DNA from: an uncultured Aminicenantes bacterium
GTDB lineage: Bacteria; Acidobacteriota; Aminicenantia; UBA2199
Direction: 5' to 3'
Assembly: GCA_965195285.1 (NCBI GenBank)
Contig: CBDAFS010000015.1
Span: 1 to 64,000, forward strand
DNA: 64,000 nucleotides
Shown here: positions 20,433-29,022 of the stretch, in pieces
Position numbering within the stretch: the stretch's first letter is position 1
Layout: the number at the start of each line of letters is the position of its first letter
Program-made: the position numbers and the translations under genes
Notes under the pieces: model-generated
The model's database searches: none
What the model saw: the letters and a program-made list of their open reading frames with translations, nothing else
Told to the model about the DNA's origin: nothing

Positions 20433-21314
20433 ATGACTGAGAAAAAGGGTGTGGTGACAAGAAGGGATTTTATACGCGGAACCGTGGGGGCCTCAATTGG
20501 GGTGACCATGCTGGGACCGGAATGGCTTAAGGGAACCAAGAAAAGGGAGATCAGGAGTTCGGTTGTCATTGTTCGGAACCGGCGAGCCATGGATGAAGCC
20601 ATGAATGTGGATAAGAACGTACTGGGAAAAATGTTAGAACAGACCTTAATCAAGGTAACCGGCAAGAACAATGTCAAAGATGCCTGGCTGAGTCTGATCA
20701 GTCCCGGAGATATCATTGGTCTGGTGCCCACTCCTCATCTGAATCCTACCCATGATGAGGTGATTGAGGCGGTGAAGGGTTCTCTGGTAGCGGCGGGCAT
20801 TCCGGCAGGGAATATCAGAAATGCCCAGGGCCGGTCGGTAAACCTTCAGGGCATTACAGCCCTGATATCACTACCCGGTCTCAAGGCCCACTGGTTGACC
20901 GGAATCGGGACCGTGCTGAAAAATTATATCCTCTATTCAGGAGCTCCCCGGAATTATCACAACCAGGACAGTGCCAAGATGGGGGAGATCTGGAATCGCC
21001 CGGAAGTCAAAGGTAAGACCAAGCTGGTTTTAGTGGATGCGCTGTATCCCTTATGCGATAAGGGGCCTCAGCCGGATCCGCGCTACAAGTGGGCCTATAA
21101 TGGTTTGATTGCCGGTACGGACCCGGTGGCAGTGGAGGCGGTATGTTTAAAGATTATCACTGCCAAAAGAGAAGCCTTAAGAGGCGAACCCTGGCCACTC
21201 TCTCCGCCGCCAATTTGCCTGGAGGCTGCGGACAAAGTCTATAAACTGGGTACAGCCAACCTCAGGAATATAAACATCCAGACCATTGGCTGGGACAAGG
21301 ATTTATTAATTTAA
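20433..21314 (+). CDS. DUF362-family protein with Tat signal
   Basis: TRRDFI twin-arginine motif; LKAH..LKN, DPVAVE. Confidence 0.75.
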   Translation: MTEKKGVVTRRDFIRGTVGASIGVTMLGPEWLKGTKKREIRSSVVIVRNRRAMDEAMNVDKNVLGKMLEQTLIKVTGKNNVKDAWLSLISPGDIIGLVPTPHLNPTHDEVIEAVKGSLVAAGIPAGNIRNAQGRSVNLQGITALISLPGLKAHWLTGIGTVLKNYILYSGAPRNYHNQDSAKMGEIWNRPEVKGKTKLVLVDALYPLCDKGPQPDPRYKWAYNGLIAGTDPVAVEAVCLKIITAKREALRGEPWPLSPPPICLEAADKVYKLGTANLRNINIQTIGWDKDLLI

Positions 21315-21318
21315 AATT

Positions 21319-21522
21319 TCAAGCCCGGGGAGCACGTTTATTAAATACGTGTGTGGTTTTTTTTGGCGAATCCGGATGAGAAATATGATGTTTATTTAAT
21401 ACTTCATAATCCAATATTTCTTTTAAGGAATATAGTTTTCCTTTAATGTTCACTTTAGTATCAATAAAACTCAGTTTTATTAATTCCGGTTTTTCCCATT
21501 TCTTTTTTTTAGTCTCATTCAT
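21319..21522 (-). CDS. Small peptide with RiPP-leader-like KKKWEKPEL motif
   Basis: GGAGA RBS and sigma-54-like promoter upstream; WxxPxL motif. Confidence 0.5.
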   Translation of the reverse strand: MNETKKKKWEKPELIKLSFIDTKVNIKGKLYSLKEILDYEVLNKHHISHPDSPKKTTHVFNKRAPRA

Positions 21523-21562
21523 TCAGTCTTCTCCAAAGCTTTTTTGTAATACATATATGCTT

Positions 21563-21578
21563 AGCAATATATGTTCCA
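21563..21578 (-). promoter_or_regulatory. Putative sigma-54 (-24/-12) promoter
   Basis: TGGAAC-ATATA-TTGCT versus consensus TGGCAC-N5-TTGCW, about 40 nt before ATG 21522. Confidence 0.6.
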
Positions 21579-21923
21579 AATCTGTTTTATGACTCAAACT
21601 CTGCTCTATATAATGGTTTTGGAAATATAAAAAAGTTTATTTTATTTTCATAGATGTTTTGATATGAAACAATAATTTTTAAAAAATATCCCATAATACT
21701 ACTATATCATCATTATTGGTCTTTTCTTAACATGTGTCATTTTGATACGATGATTTATTATTGTATTGTATAATTACTATTATCAAGGATGTAGAAATAT
21801 GACGCAAATGTACTGTTTTGAAACACTTCTAAGAAACGAGTAAGAGATGAAAGTTTTTATGGAATATATTATAATATATTTTAGATAGACTGATTGAATT
21901 TGAAATATCATAGAGGAGGGCAC

Positions 21924-22061
21924 ATGGAAAAGGAGGAGAAACGGTCAGGGAAGGTAAGGAGATTAGGAAAACCGAGAAGAAAGGACACGGTTCCCATAGA
22001 AAAGGAACAACGATCTAATAAAGAAAGAAGGATTGTTAAAGAGAGGAGAAAAAAAACCTGA
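21924..22061 (+). CDS. 45-aa basic peptide with repeated ExRSxxxRR motifs
   Basis: Strong GAGGAGG RBS; MEKEEKRSGKVRRLGKPRRKDTVPIEKEQRSNKERRIVKERRKKT; below the ORF-track cutoff. Confidence 0.6.
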   Translation: MEKEEKRSGKVRRLGKPRRKDTVPIEKEQRSNKERRIVKERRKKT

Positions 22062-22258
22062 TCTGGAATACGATAGGGTTTTGAATTTTAACAGTGAAAA
22101 AGATTTTTTATTTGACAATTGGTGAAAAATAGGTTACACTATTTCTTCGTTGTGAATAAGGGTGTGAGAACTTCTTGTTTCAAAAAATCAAATCTTTATT
22201 GAATGATTTAAGGTTTTTACCTCTATTTGCGGGAAAATTTAAACAGGAGGTAACGACT

Positions 22259-22459
22259 ATGGCCAAAGGAAAAGTAAAATGGTTCAGTGCCCAAAAAGGT
22301 TACGGATTCATTGAAATGGAAAATGGTAAGGATATTTTTGTTCATCACAATGAGATCCGTGGCAATGGTTACAAGTCTTTAGACGAAGGCGAAGCCGTTG
22401 AGTTCGAAGTTAAGCAGGGCGACAAAGGCGATTATGCCGCAGATGTAACCCGGGCATAA
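22259..22459 (+). CDS. Cold-shock protein (CspA family)
   Basis: GKVKWF, KGYGFI (RNP1), DIFVH (RNP2); AGGAGG RBS. Confidence 0.95.
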   Translation: MAKGKVKWFSAQKGYGFIEMENGKDIFVHHNEIRGNGYKSLDEGEAVEFEVKQGDKGDYAADVTRA

Positions 22460-22473
22460 TTCTCATTAACAAA

Positions 22474-22547
22474 TAAAGGGATTTGATTTTAATAGTAACT
22501 CTTAATGTTGACAATTATAGGGTAACAGAGAAAATCAAATCCCTTTA
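22474..22547. repeat. 17-bp perfect inverted repeat (long hairpin) after the csp gene
   Basis: taaagggatttgatttt (22474-22490) and aaaatcaaatcccttta (22531-22547). Confidence 0.7.
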
Positions 22548-22711
22548 ACACTTATAACTTAAAAAAATTCTCCTACTTGAATGAGCTTCAATCACACGTC
22601 CGTTCATTTATATTAGCGGTAATCATAAGGGGACAAATCTTTATTTTAATATGATCTTTTTCTGTTGACCCCTTTCTTATAATTAAAAATCTTGTTAAAA
22701 TTCGATAGATT

Positions 22712-25700
22712 ATGAAAAAATGTCTTTTATTATTACTCGCGACCATTTTAATGGGATCATATTCGAATAGAGATAATCATATAAAAGATTATCCTGTTAA
22801 ACCGGTAGACTTCACAAATGTAAAATTTACAGACAATTTCTGGCTCCCACGGTTGGATACCAATAGAAATGTTACCATCCCATACGATTTTAAAAAATGT
22901 GAAGAGACTCACAGGATTGACAATTTTGCAATTGCAGGAGGCTTACAGGAAGGTTCTTTCATTGGAATCAGATATAATGATTCTGATGTTTATAAAGTAA
23001 TAGAAGGGGCGTCATACTCGTTGAATATCCATCCTGATCCGGAATTAGAAAAGTATTTAGACAATTTAATTGCAAAAATTGCTGCTGCTCAGGAAGATGA
23101 CGGTTATTTATATACCTGTAGAACCATAAATCCCGACAGTTTGCCACGGTATACGGGAGAAGCCAGATGGTCGCAATTAAAAGACAGCCACGAACTTTAT
23201 AATATAGGACACATGTACGAAGCTGCCGTTGCCTATTATCAGGCAACCGGTAAAAAAACGCTATTAACGGTCGCCATTAAGAGTGCAAATTTAGTTGATA
23301 AAATTTTCGGCCCGGCCAAAGATCAGTTACACGGGGTTCCCGGGCATCAGGAAATAGAAATTGGCCTGGTAAAACTATACAGAGTTACCGCTGATGAAAA
23401 ATATTTAACACTTGCCAAATATTTCCTGGATCAAAGAGGAAATGCCGATGGTCATAAACTATACGTTTATGGTGAAGATGGAAATAACAAGGTATATACT
23501 CAAGATCATAAACCGGTAATCGAACAATCGGAAGCCGTAGGACACGCGGTAAGAGCAGCATATATGTATTCGGGAATGACAGATATTGCAGCGCTTACCG
23601 ATGATAAAAAATACAACAAAGCAATTAATAAATTATGGAATAATGTAGTATCTAAAAAATTATATATTACCGGAGGAATTGGATCCAAGCATGCCGGCGA
23701 GGCATTTGGCGAAAATTACCATTTACCAAATCCAAGCGCTTATAATGAAACCTGTGCGGCTATTGCCAATATGCTATGGAATCAAAGAATGTTCTTATTA
23801 AATGGGAACGCAAAATATATTGATGTTTTAGAACGCACTCTTTATAACGGATTTCTTTCAGGGGTTTCCATTCATGGTGATAAATTTTTCTATCCGAATC
23901 CGCTTGAATCCGATGGCAGTCACCAAAGAAAACCATGGTTCAGTTGCTCGTGCTGTCCGACAAATGTTGTCCGCTTTTTACCATCATTACCCGGATATGT
24001 ATATGCACACACAAAAGATGATTTATTTATAAATCTGTATATTGGGAATAAGGCAAATATAAATATGAATGTCGGGGAAATAATTATATCGCAAAGCACT
24101 GATTATCCATGGGATGGAAATATAAAAATCAACATTGAACCTGAAACCAAATCAACATTTACTATCTCATTAAGAATTCCCGGATGGGCTCAAAACAAAC
24201 CCGTACCATCTGATCTATATCATTATATGAATGAATCGGATCAGATACCTGTAATTAAAATCAACAACAAAACAATACCATATAATATCAGTAATGGGTA
24301 TGCGAAATTAAGCAGACAATGGGAAAAAGGAGATATTATTGACATAAATTTCCCGATGCCTGTCAGAAAAGTTATTGCAAATGAAAAAGTTGCGGAAGAT
24401 AAGGGGAAATTCTCTATTGAAAGAGGACCCATGGTGTATTGTGCGGAATGGGTTGATAACGGAGGAAGAGTACGGAATCTGTTATTGGATAAAAATACCG
24501 GTTTTACTACTGAGTTTGAAGAGAACTTAATTAACGGTGTTAACATTTTAAAAGGAATATCAAAATCATTATCCATCGATAAATCAGGTAATGATACAAT
24601 AGAAAAAGAACAACAATTTACTGCTATTCCGTATTATGCATGGGCCCACAGAGGAAATGGCGAAATGATGGTTTGGTTTCCATACAAAAAATCGGCTGCT
24701 AACCCAACTCCACCACCAACTAACGACAGTATGAAAACACAATTAAAAACCTTTATCCTATCGAACAAAACCAATTGTTCTGTGGAAATTACAAATGTCG
24801 GGGCAACAGTCATGTCAATAAATGTGCCTGATAAGAATGGGGATATTGATGATATTGTTTTAAGCTATGATACTCCTGAAGAATATATCGATGGAAATCC
24901 ATACTTTGGAGCCATAATCGGACGATACGGAAATCGAATTAATAAAGGCAAATTTGTTTTAAACAACACGGAATATTCTTTGGCTACCAATAATGGCAAC
25001 AATCATCTCCATGGCGGGCCAAATGGTTTTCACAATGTAATTTGGGATGTAGTAGAATATGAAAACGATGATAACCAACATTTTGTAAAATTCAAATACT
25101 TCAGTAAAGACGGAGAAGAAGGATATCCGGGCAATTTAACGGTTTATGTAAAATACTCATTTACCGATGAAAATGAATTAATAATCGATTATAATGCTAC
25201 ATGTGATAAGGATACGATTATCAATCTTACTCATCATTCATTTTTCAATCTTAAAGATGCTGGAAAATCTGATATTCTTGAACATGAACTCAAAATCTTT
25301 GCCGCTAACTTCACCCCGGTAAACAATGAACTAATTCCTATCGGGCAAATATTAAAAGTAAAAAAAACTCCGATGGACTTTACGGAATTTACCACTATAG
25401 GCAAACGAATTAATGATAAATATTTACAACTTGAATATGGAAAAGGCTATGACCATAACTGGGTTTTAAATAAAACATCAGGTTCATTAAGCTTGGCTGC
25501 AATTGTCCGTGAGCCTGTTTCGGGAAGAAAGATGGAGGTGTTTACCACGGAACCGGGATTACAATTCTACTCCGGCAATTTTCTTGACGGATCCGATATC
25601 GGCCAAAACAGCACAGGATATAATTACCGAACTGCGTTTTGCCTGGAAGCCCAGCATTTTCCCGATTCCCCGAGTCATAAAAATTTTCCATCAACAGTGC

Positions 25701-25759
25701 TTCAGGCAGGAAAAACATATACACAAAAAACAATATACAAATTTTCAATAATTGAATAA
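22712..25759 (+). CDS. GH127 beta-L-arabinofuranosidase-like domain fused to aldose 1-epimerase (GalM) domain
   Basis: GHQEIE, GHAVRA, NETCA, CSCCP (GH127); GRYGNRI, HLHGG, GYPGNL, GYDHNW, CLEAQHFPDSP (mutarotase); signal peptide. Confidence 0.88.
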   Translation: MKKCLLLLLATILMGSYSNRDNHIKDYPVKPVDFTNVKFTDNFWLPRLDTNRNVTIPYDFKKCEETHRIDNFAIAGGLQEGSFIGIRYNDSDVYKVIEGASYSLNIHPDPELEKYLDNLIAKIAAAQEDDGYLYTCRTINPDSLPRYTGEARWSQLKDSHELYNIGHMYEAAVAYYQATGKKTLLTVAIKSANLVDKIFGPAKDQLHGVPGHQEIEIGLVKLYRVTADEKYLTLAKYFLDQRGNADGHKLYVYGEDGNNKVYTQDHKPVIEQSEAVGHAVRAAYMYSGMTDIAALTDDKKYNKAINKLWNNVVSKKLYITGGIGSKHAGEAFGENYHLPNPSAYNETCAAIANMLWNQRMFLLNGNAKYIDVLERTLYNGFLSGVSIHGDKFFYPNPLESDGSHQRKPWFSCSCCPTNVVRFLPSLPGYVYAHTKDDLFINLYIGNKANINMNVGEIIISQSTDYPWDGNIKINIEPETKSTFTISLRIPGWAQNKPVPSDLYHYMNESDQIPVIKINNKTIPYNISNGYAKLSRQWEKGDIIDINFPMPVRKVIANEKVAEDKGKFSIERGPMVYCAEWVDNGGRVRNLLLDKNTGFTTEFEENLINGVNILKGISKSLSIDKSGNDTIEKEQQFTAIPYYAWAHRGNGEMMVWFPYKKSAANPTPPPTNDSMKTQLKTFILSNKTNCSVEITNVGATVMSINVPDKNGDIDDIVLSYDTPEEYIDGNPYFGAIIGRYGNRINKGKFVLNNTEYSLATNNGNNHLHGGPNGFHNVIWDVVEYENDDNQHFVKFKYFSKDGEEGYPGNLTVYVKYSFTDENELIIDYNATCDKDTIINLTHHSFFNLKDAGKSDILEHELKIFAANFTPVNNELIPIGQILKVKKTPMDFTEFTTIGKRINDKYLQLEYGKGYDHNWVLNKTSGSLSLAAIVREPVSGRKMEVFTTEPGLQFYSGNFLDGSDIGQNSTGYNYRTAFCLEAQHFPDSPSHKNFPSTVLQAGKTYTQKTIYKFSIIE

Positions 25760-25828
25760 ACAATAAAAATCCCAACCTCTTTCTGTTAAACGCTTCTACG
25801 TACCGAGTAGGTAGGGTTGAGGAAAGGT

Positions 25829-27415
25829 TTATTGTAAAGAAACCTTTTTTTGTTCACTCATGGTCTCATCGGTCCGCATGTCTTTCACATCAACAAGAAT
25901 ATAATAATCACTCGGCTGTAATTCATCCAAACGTATTGATAACTTGTTGTCGACCTTTTTTAAAAACAATACTGTTGATTTATTAAAAACCACGGTATTA
26001 TTCATGTCAATAATTTTTATTTGAACTTCCACTTTGCCTTGATTTTTTTTCCCCATATTTTGTGTTTTGAAATCAGTCACATTAAATGAAAAAGTACGAT
26101 TATTATAATGCAGATTTTCAATTCTGATTTCCGGTATATCCTTTTCTTTCTTATCCAGATAGTCCTTAAAAAAATCCGCGTAAACTGTTTTATCATAGAT
26201 GACTTTGTATGGTTTTCCTTTTACCTTTACTTTTATTTTTCTATTCCTTTTTTGTTTGTCCGAAGGCTCATAGGTCAACAGGTAAAATATATCCTCTTTT
26301 TCTGTTATCTTTTCCAGCGATTTTTCCAGATTATTGGAAAGAATGAGTTCTCCCCCGGTTATTTTCGTGATCTCTCTGAGAGTGTTTTCAATATCCGTAT
26401 TTATTTCTCTGTACTCATAATCTTCCGATGAATCAATGTTAACAGGTTTCATGAATATGGAGTGAAAGGTGGTGTTTACTTTTAAAAATAATTTGGTTAT
26501 CTGGTCCACCGGAAAATCAGTGGAAACCTTCAACTCGATATCGATCCTTCTTAAAAGATCTTGTAAACGTCTTTTTCCCTCGGCATTCCAGCCAATTTGC
26601 TGTTCGATTTTTTTCCAGAGAGAACCTTCCGATCTTAGTTTCGGGAATCTTTCCAATTGATAAAAGTTGATTACCCATTTTTCCATTTTCACCTTTTCCA
26701 AATACCGGGCAAAGTGGTAATATTTGTCAAGGTCCGGGATCAGGTAAGATTCTTTATAAATACGGAAATACATTAAGTACTTATCAAGGAAAGCAACTAT
26801 GGCTTGCAGAGGCGATCTGAATATAAATCCATAACTCAATTCGTTTTTTAACAAATGAAGTTGATTTTCCATATCACGAAATACTTTCAAAACCTGTACC
26901 CGGGCCGTTTTACATTCTTTTTTGATAATAGACTTCAGCTGGTTTTTATGGGTTTGTAAATCGGTTATGGTTTTTTCCGGTATAAAGGTATAATTAGCCA
27001 GAACCATTATCCTATCATGTTTTCGGAACACTTTTTCGAATAAGTAGTCGATTCCCTTATCCATTTTTAAGAAATAGTCGGTCAGGTTAAAAACAAGAAC
27101 AAATAACCGGGGTTGGTATATGACTTTTTCCAATCGGATATCAAATTCGGTTTCTTTTACATCAATCTTTCTTCTGTATTCATTGAATCCGTGAATGTGT
27201 TGAATCTTACCGTTCTCATAAATTTTAAAATCACTCTTTTTCAGTCCTCCCAATAATTTACCTTTATAAATCACGCGGACCGGTACTTCAATATTAATAA
27301 CCTCAACTTTCTCTTCTATGGTTTCCTGAGCAAAATTAAAAAGGCATGCAAGTAAAATAAATATAAATAGTTTTAACGGGATTTTCAGCCTCGAAACCAT
27401 AAGTTTTCTCTCCAC
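25829..27415 (-). CDS. Secreted VWA-like hypothetical protein
   Basis: EKVEVINIEVPVRV..GLKKSDFKIYENGK, ITGG, YLLTYEP motifs typical of Acidobacteriota-type VWA proteins. Confidence 0.65.
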   Translation of the reverse strand: MERKLMVSRLKIPLKLFIFILLACLFNFAQETIEEKVEVINIEVPVRVIYKGKLLGGLKKSDFKIYENGKIQHIHGFNEYRRKIDVKETEFDIRLEKVIYQPRLFVLVFNLTDYFLKMDKGIDYLFEKVFRKHDRIMVLANYTFIPEKTITDLQTHKNQLKSIIKKECKTARVQVLKVFRDMENQLHLLKNELSYGFIFRSPLQAIVAFLDKYLMYFRIYKESYLIPDLDKYYHFARYLEKVKMEKWVINFYQLERFPKLRSEGSLWKKIEQQIGWNAEGKRRLQDLLRRIDIELKVSTDFPVDQITKLFLKVNTTFHSIFMKPVNIDSSEDYEYREINTDIENTLREITKITGGELILSNNLEKSLEKITEKEDIFYLLTYEPSDKQKRNRKIKVKVKGKPYKVIYDKTVYADFFKDYLDKKEKDIPEIRIENLHYNNRTFSFNVTDFKTQNMGKKNQGKVEVQIKIIDMNNTVVFNKSTVLFLKKVDNKLSIRLDELQPSDYYILVDVKDMRTDETMSEQKKVSLQ

Positions 27416-27770
27416 CTATTATAATAACGAACCAGGTTTTTTTTTCAATAATTTTTTAAAAATAAATTTGGTCATATGCGTTTTTTTTACAGAGTAAATG
27501 AGCACCAAAATTGAACGTTGAACTTTCGATATCAGGGATAGTAAACTCTTCCCGAAAAAATGCTTAATAATTAGTATGTTATGTAATAAAAAGAATTGAT
27601 GAGATGATAGACCAGCGTTAGCGGCAGATTTAATCCTTTATGCTTATGTCTTATGCTTTGTAAAATTGTCAAAAACCATTCAAGATTCAAGAATTGACCC
27701 CGCTTATATTACGCTTATATAATGAAATTTCATTCTTCGGGAAGTATGTATAAAAATGCGGTTAGGGTAG

Positions 27771-27934
27771 ATGAAAAAAAGTAAGAATCCAAAAATAACG
27801 ACTCCGTCCATCATTCTGTCTTTACCCTTTTTCACCAACCTTCAGGTCCACTCCCTTCCAAAATTGTATCGGGATGCAAAAATAAGAAAGGCGAAAATAA
27901 AGAATTTAAAGTAATAGAGTAAGGCACCGTCCCT
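27771..27934 (+). pseudogene. RAYT C-terminal remnant plus right-end motif
   Basis: LPFFTNLQVHSLPKLYRDAKIRK aligns with the C-terminus of the 51416 RAYT (VPIFSDLKINSLGWIYKNAKIRL). It is followed by aaggcaccgtccct, compare aagcaccgtcacccct at 52341. Confidence 0.6.
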
Positions 27935-28131
27935 CATTCTGAGAAGCCTTGGATGGCAGTGTTTCGGCCGTATGATCCGACATAGAGACTACGCGAGGTC
28001 TCTGATGTTGTGTTCCAGAAGTCGGTGTTGAGCCGACGAGTTATGGTTTTGTACCGTGTGGAGATCGTGCCTCCATCCTGAACTTGGATGTTTGAGCAAA
28101 AGTTGCTGAACCAATCTGCTAATCCCATCAC
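27934..28131 (-). pseudogene. N-terminal fragment of a SMODS/CD-NTase (cGAS/DncV-like) nucleotidyltransferase
   Basis: FSNFCSNI..RYKTITRRLNTDFW...SLYVGSYGRNTAI; ends just before the expected DxD. Confidence 0.75.
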
Positions 28132-28148
28132 ATTTCTCCAAGGCTAAT

Positions 28149-28181
28149 GGAAACAGCTAACCTGAACCTTTAGCTGTTTCC
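28149..28181. repeat. Perfect 12-bp hairpin (attC-like context)
   Basis: ggaaacagctaa-cctgaacct-ttagctgtttcc. Confidence 0.7.
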
Positions 28182-28330
28182 GTTATAGGTGACGCGTAAG
28201 CGTCGGCTACAACTATTAATAAATATTACTATATATATTATTACAATAAAAAAGAAATATCAATAAAAATTGATATTGTATGCCTTACTAGATATGTCTC
28301 GAACCTGGTGAGCGTGCACATTTAATAATT

Positions 28331-28735
28331 TTATAATAATAAAATAAATCCAAAAACTAATAATACAATTCCAAAACAACCAGTTGAGTGGGGATTTTTT
28401 TCTAAATTAACATAGTCAAAAATTACATCATTAAATAATGTCATAAACATTGATGATACCAATTCTAACTTTTCTTTAATTATTTTGTCATAAACATCGA
28501 TAAATTCTTTAAATTGGTCAATATTCATGTTACTCGGGGTCTCTTTATTTCTTATCTTTTGTTCTAATAATTTTCTTTTTTCTTTCCAGTCCCAATGAAA
28601 AACCCAGTAAGTTTTTGCAAATTGATGTTTATTATCACAATTTGAAATCAGATCTCTTGCTTGATCTAACTCCATTTTTTTTCCCTCTTTTTTAAGCCAA
28701 GCAATATCAAACTTGAAATCATCTGATTCTGGCAT
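28331..28735 (-). CDS. Hypothetical protein with C-terminal TM helix
   Basis: AGGAG RBS, AT-rich ORF, hydrophobic tail. Confidence 0.55.
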   Translation of the reverse strand: MPESDDFKFDIAWLKKEGKKMELDQARDLISNCDNKHQFAKTYWVFHWDWKEKRKLLEQKIRNKETPSNMNIDQFKEFIDVYDKIIKEKLELVSSMFMTLFNDVIFDYVNLEKNPHSTGCFGIVLLVFGFILLL

Positions 28736-28968
28736 AGAAAGTTATCTCCTTCTCTTTATTTGATAGATGATACAGAGAAAAATCTTTCTAAATTAGAATG
28801 AAAGCCTATTATGAGAACTGCTTTAAATCGCGAAAGTTCCATCTCTCATAAAATTATACAAGATCAATGATTTTTAATCAATAATTCTTTTACTTTTTTT
28901 GCAGAACTATTCATGATGCTGTAGGTTGTTTCGACTATGAACGTTGGACGTTGAACGGTTGGAAAGGG

Positions 28969-29020
28969 TTGACAGGGGGGTAAAAGTATATTATATTATA
29001 AAGGCGAACAAAAGGCGAAC
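28969..29020 (+). promoter_or_regulatory. Sigma-70 promoter plus GAAC-N7-GAAC LexA box upstream of dnaE2
   Basis: TTGACA-17-TATATT, then aaggcGAACaaaaggcGAACaaATG. Confidence 0.8.
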
Positions 29021-29022
29021 AA

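Noticed and set aside
27934-28735. Functional CBASS system
   Set aside because: The cyclase is a 65-aa fragment without catalytic aspartates, and the neighbouring ORF is not a recognisable effector.
27511-28958. TGAACGT heptamers on both sides of the 27.5-28.9 kb accessory block as boundary repeats
   Set aside because: Only 2-3 degenerate units each (27511-27523, 28938-28958); too short to distinguish from chance.
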